Under the pieces are notes generated by a model. The model was not told the DNA's origin. It ran no database searches and saw nothing but the letters and a program-made list of their open reading frames with translations. Made by a program: the position numbers and the translations under genes. A stretch of 63,581 nucleotides of DNA from Bacteroidales bacterium (GTDB lineage: Bacteria; Bacteroidota; Bacteroidia; Bacteroidales; UBA7960): assembly GCA_046261715.1 (NCBI GenBank), contig JBHEOF010000003.1:17298-80878 (forward strand), read 5' to 3'. Positions 1-8,187 of this stretch are shown here, piece by piece. Numbering within the stretch: the first letter of the stretch is position 1; every line of letters begins with the position of its first letter.

Positions 1-21
1 CCCACTATCTTACAATTTGAT

Positions 22-140
22 TCTGTATGAACGGGATTTCGAAACTTCGGTTTTTCATCATTTGACTTCATACATTTGACTCCGCATGGGCGGGATTTTA
101 AAACTTCGTTTCTCAGTCCCGTATGAACGGGATTTCGAAC
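22..140. repeat. Three degenerate direct copies of a ~24-nt hairpin-forming unit at the window edge
   Basis: The copies are 22-45 tctgtatgaacgggatttcgaaac, 81-104 tccgcatgggcgggattttaaaac and 117-140 tcccgtatgaacgggatttcgaac. Positions 25-43 and 121-139 are identical (19/19). Each copy can fold as a 4-5 bp stem around a 6-nt loop. Spacing is irregular (59 and 37 nt). The region is non-coding and lies downstream of the TBDR stop at 164. Confidence 0.4.
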
Positions 141-163
141 CTAAAGGTTCTCAACATCGGGCA

Positions 164-2152
164 TTAAATCCACGCTTCCACCCTAACAAAAAATCCCCTT
201 CCTGGCATGGGAAAACTTCTGATTACTTCGTATTGGTTGTCAAAAAGATTGTTTATTTCAAACTTAATTTGAAAAATTGTATTTGCAGCAGAAAATTGAT
301 AACCGGCCACAGCATCATGATGCCACCATGATGAAAGCATATTTTCATAAATATTTTCTGCCAGTACGTACCTGTGTCCGTTGAAAAGACTGTTAAATCC
401 CAGTGAGAAAGCACCATACCCGAAATTCATTCCCACTGAAAAACTTTCCCTGGGGATGTAAGGTATCTGATGCCGGTACCAGCTTGCATTATCAAGCGTA
501 ATATCAATGGCCCGTTGCATAGTATAATTGGCAAAAAACCCTGCTGAAAAATCCTTTTTCGAATGAAAATTGCCTTGAATTTGTAGCTCCAGCCCAGTGA
601 TATCGACCATTCCAATGTTTTGCATCGACCATACAAAGAGATTTTGCGTAGGGATGGCAACAATCTTATCTTTTACTGTATTATGAAAAATATCGGCACT
701 GCCTGAAAGAGAAAAAAAACCATTCTTGTCGTATCCTGCCATCATTCCTATGTTGAATTGTTGCGCATGTTCGGGCTTAAGATCAGGATTTCCCACCCGT
801 GCAAAATACAGGTCATTGAATGTGGGCATTCGGAATATGTTCTTATACATAAACCGCAGTCTGAGCAAAGGTTCGGAAGAAGTAAGCCTGTATGCCACAG
901 AGATTGACGGACTAAGTGCGTTTTCCGTTGCTGTTGATTGCAACTGCCGTGTTTGATCGCTTACTACAGTAGAAAGCAAATTTGCATGGGCATACAGTCG
1001 GTTTCGTTCATATTTGGCGCTTACATTTGTCAGCCACGAAAACCGCAAAGGTTCTGCAAATCCATGCAGATTGGTAACCAGTGAATTTATAAAAACATCC
1101 GAAGCTATGCTCACTTTAAAGTCAGCATGCAAAGGATAAGCCAGTGCCTGTGAGAAGTAATACTCCTGCTGGCTGTAAGTATTACTGATCTCTCCCTGCT
1201 GATTCAGATAGTCCTCTTCAAGATAATGCAACCATGCGTTTGAAAATCTGGCCAGGGAAAGCAATTGCAATTTTTCGGGATTTGAGTTCTCATACCGAAG
1301 ATTTAACGAAAAGTCTTTATTCCATAATCGCTGCGATGTGTGGGTGTTGTAAAGAATAACCGCACCCGGCAGTCCTCTTTCAGAATTATAATAATATGCA
1401 TCTAATTGCAGATACGAATATTCCTGTAAACGCTGTTGCAAAAAAGCGGATGCATTAACAGCCTCAATATCAGAATTTGTTCTTTTCTGGAGTTCACCGT
1501 TGAAAGGGTTTGTAAAGGAATACTCTCCATCTGCCCTTGTATAACTGAAGTTTAATCCCGCAATTGTATTTTCAGATATTCCGGCATTTGAACTGAAATA
1601 AGGGTTGATAATTCCAAATGAGCCGCTTCTTACACCTGCCTTTGTCCTTATATTATTGTCATCCGTGTTGAAAAATTTACTTCGGATATCAATCACATTG
1701 GCTGATACATAAAATCTTGCAGGTTGCAACAATTGCAAGGGTTGGCCCACGAAAAGGGATATACTTTCAAGATTTGTAAGTGAAATTTTCCCCAGATCGG
1801 TTTGTCCGGTTGCGGCATCATTCTGCGGCACTCCGTCAAGCATTACTGAAGTATGACTGGCCCCCAGACTGCGAACCATTACAGTTTTTAACCCACCGAT
1901 TCCACCGTAATCCTTGATCGTTACTCCACCAAAATTTTTTAATGCTTCGGCTGCTGAAGCTCCACTGATAGTTGCAATATCTTGTGAATTCATTTGTTGC
2001 ACGGGTACCGGTGAGCGTTCCTGCAAGCCGGGATGACTGGCAGTGATTACAACTTCCCCTAAACGAACAGTATCAACATTCTCCTGCCAGGCAAAAGCTT
2101 TTAAAAAGCCTGCAAGAAGAATCAATAATATGAGTAAATGTTTTGGAGTCAT
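164..2152 (-). CDS. btuB: TonB-dependent outer-membrane receptor, BtuB-like (probable corrinoid transporter)
   Basis: 662 aa with a signal peptide, an N-terminal plug with a TonB-box-like DTVRLGEVVITAS, beta-barrel-type sequence and an aromatic C-terminus. It is the second gene of a minus-strand operon headed by a cobalamin riboswitch. Its size is typical of BtuB. The substrate is inferred from the riboswitch only. Confidence 0.7.
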   Translation of the reverse strand: MTPKHLLILLILLAGFLKAFAWQENVDTVRLGEVVITASHPGLQERSPVPVQQMNSQDIATISGASAAEALKNFGGVTIKDYGGIGGLKTVMVRSLGASHTSVMLDGVPQNDAATGQTDLGKISLTNLESISLFVGQPLQLLQPARFYVSANVIDIRSKFFNTDDNNIRTKAGVRSGSFGIINPYFSSNAGISENTIAGLNFSYTRADGEYSFTNPFNGELQKRTNSDIEAVNASAFLQQRLQEYSYLQLDAYYYNSERGLPGAVILYNTHTSQRLWNKDFSLNLRYENSNPEKLQLLSLARFSNAWLHYLEEDYLNQQGEISNTYSQQEYYFSQALAYPLHADFKVSIASDVFINSLVTNLHGFAEPLRFSWLTNVSAKYERNRLYAHANLLSTVVSDQTRQLQSTATENALSPSISVAYRLTSSEPLLRLRFMYKNIFRMPTFNDLYFARVGNPDLKPEHAQQFNIGMMAGYDKNGFFSLSGSADIFHNTVKDKIVAIPTQNLFVWSMQNIGMVDITGLELQIQGNFHSKKDFSAGFFANYTMQRAIDITLDNASWYRHQIPYIPRESFSVGMNFGYGAFSLGFNSLFNGHRYVLAENIYENMLSSWWHHDAVAGYQFSAANTIFQIKFEINNLFDNQYEVIRSFPMPGRGFFVRVEAWI

Positions 2153-2191
2153 TGCAATAATACCTGCTAGCAGTAAACAGTTAGCAAAGGA

Positions 2192-3199
2192 TCAAATTTT
2201 TAATACTTTAAATATTTCAGTTTTGTTTTTATAGATAATCTGAACGATGTAATAACCCCTTTGTAAATCATTTATCTGCAAAGAGTTTCCGGTTAAAGAT
2301 TCATGTTTGATCTTTCTTCCGGTTAAGTCATATATTACAACATCGCTTCCTTCAGTTGCTTCTATAAACAATGTTTGATCGAAAGGATTGGGATAAACTT
2401 TCGGGGTGTGTGAATTATGGTAACCAACTGTTGTTGGGTTGAAAGGTTCACCGGCATTGATAATTCCTGCAGCTTCCAGGTCAAAACCCCCGGTGTGAAA
2501 TGGAGTAGGCCAGGGATCATTTATAATGTTGCCTTCTGTATCATGGGTTTCAAAACCACAATCAATGCATCCAACAGCATCTATTATGCGTACATACCGA
2601 ATGTCGTTGAAGTCGATACCTGTACTGTCAATCAGATCATCCAGGTCAAAAGGGGTGCCGTATCCTGCACGGTATTTCCCGGCAAAATTGTGGATAAAAG
2701 CAGGATCAAGGATTCCGAAGCTTTCAACCTGGGTTTCAGTTTGTGTGTAGGAATAAGACGGGAAACGCACAAAATTTTCACCGTCAGTGCTGATCGCTAC
2801 AAAGGCAAGTTCGAGAAAATTGTCGCCAAAGCCATTTTCAAAAACGGCAAAATCGGGGCCCGGACCGTTTATGATGGGTCGGTCGAACTGTAAGGTTGCC
2901 ATACCGCCATCGCCAAGGCTAATAACGTCGTTTGAATTGCCTGTAGCTTTGCCCAGAACATTTTGTGGCTCACCGAATGTTGCCCGGTTGTTTCCGTCAA
3001 TATATACTGTAGTGTCTGCAATGTTAATATATCCTCGTACCACTGCAATTTCTGTTGCCCAGCTAACAAAAGCACTTGAGTCCATATGTAAGGCAGTTGT
3101 TCCTTCCTCTCCTGCAGCAGGAGCAAAGGGGCCGTCTCCGCGAACCACCGGGTAAAATGCCATAAAACAAAATATTATTGCCAAAAATTTCCTGAACAT
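2192..3199 (-). CDS. Secreted protein of unknown function with a T9SS type-A C-terminal sorting domain; first gene after the cobalamin riboswitch
   Basis: 335 aa with an N-terminal signal peptide (MFRKFLAIIFCFMAFYPVVRG). The C-terminus (KVYPNPFDQTLFIE...GYYIVQIIYKNKTEIFKVLKI) matches the T9SS CTD pattern. I do not recognise the ~240-aa N-terminal domain (DFAVFENGFGDNFLELAFVAISTDGENFVRF). Confidence 0.75.
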   Translation of the reverse strand: MFRKFLAIIFCFMAFYPVVRGDGPFAPAAGEEGTTALHMDSSAFVSWATEIAVVRGYINIADTTVYIDGNNRATFGEPQNVLGKATGNSNDVISLGDGGMATLQFDRPIINGPGPDFAVFENGFGDNFLELAFVAISTDGENFVRFPSYSYTQTETQVESFGILDPAFIHNFAGKYRAGYGTPFDLDDLIDSTGIDFNDIRYVRIIDAVGCIDCGFETHDTEGNIINDPWPTPFHTGGFDLEAAGIINAGEPFNPTTVGYHNSHTPKVYPNPFDQTLFIEATEGSDVVIYDLTGRKIKHESLTGNSLQINDLQRGYYIVQIIYKNKTEIFKVLKI

Positions 3200-3309
3200 A
3201 ACCTGAGATTATTTTATCCATATAATTGATTCAGCTATTCAGGAAAAACCACGCCAGAAAAATAAAGATGAAAGATGTCTTTACTCTTCGCTTTTCACCC
3301 GAAAGCTAC

Positions 3310-3495
3310 GAATTGATTTTTGCAGGCAGGTCTTCTGGCTCGTCCGGGTACTTTCTTGACGCCTTCCCATCCCGATTGTTTCGGGACAGTGGCAGGAGAA
3401 TGTCAAAAACCTTCATGCGGACTTACAGCTACGGGGATAGCTCCCGGTTTGCACGGGATTCCCTTTTCACCTTTTACGGGTAATCGCAAAAGAAA
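3310..3495 (-). promoter_or_regulatory. Cobalamin (AdoCbl/B12) riboswitch
   Basis: The reverse complement reads GGTGAAAAGGGAATCCCGTGCAAACCGGGAGCTATCCCCGTAGCTGTAAG ... GCCACTGTCCCGAAACAATCGGGATGGGAAGGCG ... AGCCAGAAGACCTGCC. This contains the conserved cobalamin-riboswitch core, the GCCACTG element and the B12 box (3325-3340). It sits directly 5' of the 2192-3199 and 164-2152 genes. Exact ends are approximate. Confidence 0.85.
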
Positions 3496-3578
3496 CCTGT
3501 AAATTTCTGTGGCAAAGGTATAGGTTGTTTTTGAAATAAGATTGAAAAATTGATAGAAATGTAATGGAAAGTTTTGTT

Positions 3579-3854
3579 TTACTGTTCAGTCCGCTTTCTG
3601 AAAAAATACTCATTCACAGGCCACATCAGCACGGCATAGCCAATGATTCCGGATGCCACCCAAAATAAGCAGACTATAGCTGATCGTAAAGTCAGAAAAA
3701 CTTCTCCGAAGGGTTTTTCAAAAAGATTGTATATACCGGTAAAAAGAAAGAGGATCAGTCCAAAAATTAGTCCGTGAACAAAGGCATATTTCATGCGACC
3801 CATCTTACGGGTTTCTGCCCATTGCCGCACAAATCTCTGGTCGGATGGCTTCAT
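3579..3854 (-). CDS. Small two-TM membrane protein, hypothetical
   Basis: 91-aa ORF with an ATG start and two hydrophobic helices (FVHGLIFGLILFLFTGIY and IVCLFWVASGIIGYAVLMW). No recognisable motif. Confidence 0.5.
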   Translation of the reverse strand: MKPSDQRFVRQWAETRKMGRMKYAFVHGLIFGLILFLFTGIYNLFEKPFGEVFLTLRSAIVCLFWVASGIIGYAVLMWPVNEYFFRKRTEQ

Positions 3855-3974
3855 AGGTAAAGGATTGGTTTCGAAATCTTATTTCAAAAGTAAACTTTTT
3901 TACAAAACATTAAAAGCTTCTGAAACAATTGGCTGCAAATGGCTGTTGCTTATTCGTATGCATAAAGATTTTCC

Positions 3975-5297
3975 ATGACTCATTTCAAGGGACTTATCAT
4001 CAGAAAACTAATACACCTCATTACAGGATTATTGATTTTTATTCTCACCTTTCTATTGCAACGGGAAGTTTTGCTGTGGCTGATTGTTGCAGGCTCGCTT
4101 TTTTCTTTTCTGACCTTTAATTACAAAAAGTTTCAATTGCTGCACAAAACGACTGATGCAAGCGCGGGAACAATTTTTTACCCGCTTGGGATATTATCAT
4201 CTTATCTCATTCTTTATAACATGCCCATGTTGTATTTTCAGACCAGCTTGTTGGTTCTTTCCATTTCTGATACTGTGGCAAATTTTATCGGGCAGATAAA
4301 AAAAGGGAATGGAAGGGTGGTAATTCTTCACGATAGAAAAAGTATGCATGGCATTATGGGATACGTCTTTTCAGCACTTATTATTTTCTATATCTTTTTG
4401 CCTGCAAGACTTACCACTGATGTATTTTTCATGGCAACCCTTATTTTTCTGGCAGTGGTTTTTGAAGTGGCCTCATGGCGGGGTTCTGATAATTTTACCA
4501 TACCCGTTGGGTTGGCAATCGTATTGAAAGTTTCGCAAATTCAGCAGCCCGACTATTTGTTTTTATTTGGAGTGTTACTGTTTATGACAGCAGGAAGTTT
4601 TTTTCTTTTTAAGTGGCGCTTTCTCACCCGGCCCGGAAGCCTGGCTGCATGGTTACTGGGAGTTTATTTATTGGGTGTGATGGGTTGGAAATGGTTTGTG
4701 CCGGTGGTAATTTTCTTCATTACATCAGTGATTTTTACTAAAATTCATTCCGGAGTAAAGAAAAATAAAAAGGAATTTAACGTGCGCAACGCATGGCAGG
4801 TTATAGCCAATATACTTTGGGCGATCATCAGTTCGGCCCTTTTTCTACTAACGCAAAATGAGCTTTTCATTTACTTTTTCATTGCTTTCGTTGCGGCGGT
4901 TACGGCTGATACCTGGGCCAGTGAAATAGGACCCCTTTTGAATAAACGCAGCTTTTCTCTGGCAGATTTCCGCATGCATGAAGCAGGAATTACCGGAGGC
5001 ATTTCATTTTTTGGTACCCTGGCATCATTGTCAGGAGCAGTAGTTATTTCTGCAGTATCTTATTTTATATTTTTTGGTGTATGGAACTGGGCTGTAATTT
5101 TACTTATCTCATTTTCAGCATTTCTGGCATGCTTTGCCGATACCCTGCTGGGTACTTTTGTGGAAGGAAAGCTATTGAATATGACTTACTTTCAAAACAG
5201 GATATACCCCGAATCCTTGACACCCAATGATGTGGTAAATCTGGGCGGTTCATTTACCGCTTTTGTGTTTTTTATGTTGCTGGGATTTATTTTTTAG
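3975..5297 (+). CDS. Polytopic membrane protein: N-terminal dolichol/phytol-kinase-like (VTE5/SEC59-like) region fused to a C-terminal DUF92 (TMEM19/VTE6-like) domain
   Basis: 440 aa and highly hydrophobic throughout. The N-terminus carries RKLIHLITGLLIF, the RKxxH signature of CTP-dependent polyprenol kinases. The C-terminal half carries AAVTADTWASEIGPLL...GITGGISFFGTLASLSGA, typical of the DUF92 family. Confidence 0.55.
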   Translation: MTHFKGLIIRKLIHLITGLLIFILTFLLQREVLLWLIVAGSLFSFLTFNYKKFQLLHKTTDASAGTIFYPLGILSSYLILYNMPMLYFQTSLLVLSISDTVANFIGQIKKGNGRVVILHDRKSMHGIMGYVFSALIIFYIFLPARLTTDVFFMATLIFLAVVFEVASWRGSDNFTIPVGLAIVLKVSQIQQPDYLFLFGVLLFMTAGSFFLFKWRFLTRPGSLAAWLLGVYLLGVMGWKWFVPVVIFFITSVIFTKIHSGVKKNKKEFNVRNAWQVIANILWAIISSALFLLTQNELFIYFFIAFVAAVTADTWASEIGPLLNKRSFSLADFRMHEAGITGGISFFGTLASLSGAVVISAVSYFIFFGVWNWAVILLISFSAFLACFADTLLGTFVEGKLLNMTYFQNRIYPESLTPNDVVNLGGSFTAFVFFMLLGFIF

Positions 5298-5353
5298 TTG
5301 AATAAAGCTATAATACTTTTATAATAATTGTCTGCCTTCACCTACACTCTTTT

Positions 5354-6280
5354 CTAAATTAAATAAATCACAAATCCCACAATCAGAAGGAAAGAAAATG
5401 CTACATGGGTAAGCACGGTAAATTTTGCACCTTCCTTTAATCTATCCGGATTGTCATGATGTTTGAGAATAATGCCTGCCGCTTTTGGAAATACTAAAAC
5501 ATAGGGAATAAGGGCAAGAAGCAGGGGCCAGGAGTTACCCGGATAGTAGATGAAAAGCAAAATAACATTGGTAACTATGGCAAGTTGTACAAGCAGGTAT
5601 ATGACAGATGTGAAGCGTGTTCCCAGCCGGGATGCCACACCATGTTTGCCGCCGTCGCGGTCGGCATCCAGGTCAATCAGCTGACCGGCCAGCAGAATAG
5701 ACGATGTACTAAGTCCGGTAGCAGGCATCAGTAGTAATACCATGGGATGAAATCCTATACCCTGACCCACCGCAGCAATAAATATTGCCATGGGTCCAAA
5801 GGCAAACCAAACGGAAAATTCACCCAAACCCCGGTAAGACAGTTTGATCGGCGGAGCTGTGTAATATTTGCTGAAAAAGGCCGAAAGTAAAAACAATCCC
5901 CACAAATGTGGCCACAATTCACGGCTGATAAGGGGTGTAAGTGCAATGGTTCCGGCCAGTGCCATCACCAGACCCATACGAGCCAAAAAGTACATTTTAC
6001 CCATCAGCTCAGGATTATCAAGCAAAACTCCTGAACCACCGCTGGCTTCATTGCGGTGCACATTTACTTTGTCGGTACCCTGTATCGTATCGTAAATATC
6101 ATTATACACATTTGTGGCTACGTGCAGACCAATTCCTATAATCAACACAATTATAAAATTGATTACATCAAGGGAATCATTAATGTAAGCGCTTAATAAG
6201 GTACCCGCTAAAATCGGGGCAATAATGGAACTCAGGAACTGTGCCCTGACCATTTTTGCAATACTGGGTTTGGTGCTCAT
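5354..6280 (-). CDS. UbiA-family aromatic prenyltransferase (MenA-like)
   Basis: 308 aa with about 8-9 TM segments. It has two Asp-rich motifs, NVYNDIYDTIQGTD and LIDLDADRDGGKHGVASRLG, characteristic of UbiA/MenA prenyltransferases. Confidence 0.75.
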   Translation of the reverse strand: MSTKPSIAKMVRAQFLSSIIAPILAGTLLSAYINDSLDVINFIIVLIIGIGLHVATNVYNDIYDTIQGTDKVNVHRNEASGGSGVLLDNPELMGKMYFLARMGLVMALAGTIALTPLISRELWPHLWGLFLLSAFFSKYYTAPPIKLSYRGLGEFSVWFAFGPMAIFIAAVGQGIGFHPMVLLLMPATGLSTSSILLAGQLIDLDADRDGGKHGVASRLGTRFTSVIYLLVQLAIVTNVILLFIYYPGNSWPLLLALIPYVLVFPKAAGIILKHHDNPDRLKEGAKFTVLTHVAFSFLLIVGFVIYLI

Positions 6281-6431
6281 ATATCAAAGGTTATAGAATT
6301 AACAAAACTATAAACATGTGTTTATGGAAAAGAGTTCATTTACAGAAGAATTATCTTTGATAGTAGATGATTTTAAAAAGCCTGAACAAAAGTTCAGTAA
6401 AATAGAAAGAGAAGGGAAGTAGTATTTCAAT

Positions 6432-7145
6432 TCAAACGAGTTCCATACCAAATACCATGGCAATTTTTCCCTTAAGCTTATCTTTTATTGATTTTATATC
6501 CTGTTCCTGACCCAATTCTTTTTGCAAAGATGTAACAGCTTTATCTTTAAAACCACAAGGATTTATGTAAGCAAAATAATCAAGATTTGTATTTACATTA
6601 AAAGCAAAACCATGCATACTTACCCAGCGGCTGGTGCGCACACCAATAGCACATATTTTTCTTACCCGGGCAGTTCCTGTTTCCAGCCAAACGCCGGTTG
6701 CGCCATCCAATCGTTCTGATTTTATCCCAAAGTCTTTAAGTAATAAAATAACAGATTCTTCCAATTTATAAATGTAATCTCTTACGCCTGAAACAAAATA
6801 ATCAAGGTTAAGGATGGGATAACCCACAATCTGACCGGGTCCGTGGTAGGTTATATCTCCTCCGCGATCAATGTGGTAAAACTCGGCTTCATTTGCCTGA
6901 AGTTGAATTTGATTGAGAAGCAAATTGTCAGTCGAGCCACTTTTTCCTAAAGTATAAACATGTTTATGTTCACAGAATATCAGATAGTTATTGGTGGTTT
7001 TAAGATCCGTTTTCCCATCAGAAATTTCCCTTTTATGACTGACGATTTCATCAAAAAGCTTTTCCTGGTAATCCCATGCTTCTTTATATTGAATTAATCC
7101 TAAATCAATAAACTGTGTTTTCTTATTTTGAATTTTATCTGCCAT
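6432..7145 (-). CDS. lipB: Octanoyltransferase (lipoyl(octanoyl) transferase)
   Basis: Carries the RGGDITYHGPGQIVGYPI motif and a KICAIGV lysine region. It lies adjacent to lipA. The ATG at 7145 is preferred over the TTG at 7154. Confidence 0.9.
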   Translation of the reverse strand: MADKIQNKKTQFIDLGLIQYKEAWDYQEKLFDEIVSHKREISDGKTDLKTTNNYLIFCEHKHVYTLGKSGSTDNLLLNQIQLQANEAEFYHIDRGGDITYHGPGQIVGYPILNLDYFVSGVRDYIYKLEESVILLLKDFGIKSERLDGATGVWLETGTARVRKICAIGVRTSRWVSMHGFAFNVNTNLDYFAYINPCGFKDKAVTSLQKELGQEQDIKSIKDKLKGKIAMVFGMELV

Positions 7146-7202
7146 TAAAAACAATGATTTTTTGTTGAATAATAACCTTCAAAAGTGTGTTTTTCGGGGA
7201 AC

Positions 7203-8063
7203 TTAGATATTCGAAACTTTACCGAAATCTCCTTCAGCATGATAAGAAGAACGAACCAGCGGATTACTTTCAACAAGTTTAAATCCCATATTCATGCCTT
7301 CTTCCTTGTATCTGGCAAAAACATCGGGATGAATGTATTCAGCAACCGGCAAATGTGTATGGCTTGGCTGCAGGTATTGGCCTATCGTTATTATCTCACA
7401 TCCTGCCTTGCGAAGATCCTGCATGGTTTCTATTACCTCTTCAAATGTTTCACCAAGCCCGACCATGATCCCAGATTTTGTCTTAATACCTGAATTACTG
7501 ATCCACTCAATTACCTTCAGGCTACGTTCATACTTTGCAGCACTTCGGACATTTGGTGTCAGTCTTTTTATGGTTTCCAGGTTATGAGCGGCTACATCAG
7601 GAAGGGATTCGAGTACTTTTTCAAGATCTTCCTTTTTTCCCATGAAATCGGGCAGCAAAACTTCAACAGTTGTTTCAGGGTTTTCTTTTTTAACGGTATT
7701 TATGGTTTTTGCCCATATTTCAGCGCCTCCATCAGCAAGATCGTCCCGGTCAACAGAAGTTATAACACAATGCTTTAGCTTCATAAGTTTCACTGACCGG
7801 GCAACTTTCCCGGGCTCTTTTTCATCAACCGGCAGCGGCTTTCCGGTTTGTGTAGCACAGAATTTACATGAACGGGTGCATATTTCGCCAAGGATCATAA
7901 AAGTAGCTGTGCCCGAACCCCAGCATTCACCCATGTTAGGGCAGTTCCCGCTTTGGCAAATGGTATGAAGCTGATTATCATTGACCACTTTCTTTACTTT
8001 GCGGTAATTTTCTCCGCCTGAAAGTTTGATTTTCAACCAGGAAGGTTTACGTTTTATAAGCAT
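7203..8063 (-). CDS. lipA: Lipoyl synthase (radical SAM)
   Basis: 286 aa with an N-terminal CxxxxCxxxxxC cluster (ICQSGNCPNMGECW) and the radical-SAM CxxxCxxC motif (CTRSCKFC). Confidence 0.93.
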   Translation of the reverse strand: MLIKRKPSWLKIKLSGGENYRKVKKVVNDNQLHTICQSGNCPNMGECWGSGTATFMILGEICTRSCKFCATQTGKPLPVDEKEPGKVARSVKLMKLKHCVITSVDRDDLADGGAEIWAKTINTVKKENPETTVEVLLPDFMGKKEDLEKVLESLPDVAAHNLETIKRLTPNVRSAAKYERSLKVIEWISNSGIKTKSGIMVGLGETFEEVIETMQDLRKAGCEIITIGQYLQPSHTHLPVAEYIHPDVFARYKEEGMNMGFKLVESNPLVRSSYHAEGDFGKVSNI

Positions 8064-8159
8064 TTAGTCAATTATTATGTATTTGTTTTTCTGATGCAAA
8101 GGTATGAAACAAAAATGTTGAATTTCTGATTTTTGTCTCTGCATTCTTTCTTTAACTTT

Positions 8160-8167
8160 TAACTTTG
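8160..8167 (+). promoter_or_regulatory. Candidate Bacteroidota -7 promoter box (TAnnTTTG)
   Basis: TAACTTTG lies 21 nt upstream of the ATG at 8188. This is a motif match only. Confidence 0.35.
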
Positions 8168-8187
8168 CCCCTTAAAATCTTTACTAT

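Noticed and set aside
1-140. Possible CRISPR array from the GAAAC-ending repeats
   Set aside because: There are only three copies. They are strongly degenerate, with irregular spacing (59 and 37 nt), and there are no cas genes in the window. It is kept only as a low-interest repeat finding.
86-331. 81-aa ORF on the plus strand at the window start
   Set aside because: It overlaps the repeat region and the 3' end of the TonB-dependent receptor gene on the opposite strand. It has no motif support.
3226-3502. ORFs 3226..3483 and 3320..3502 (+), 85 and 60 aa
   Set aside because: They lie antisense to and inside the cobalamin riboswitch. The Gly/Ser/Arg-rich composition reflects the GC-rich RNA structure. 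There is no coding support.
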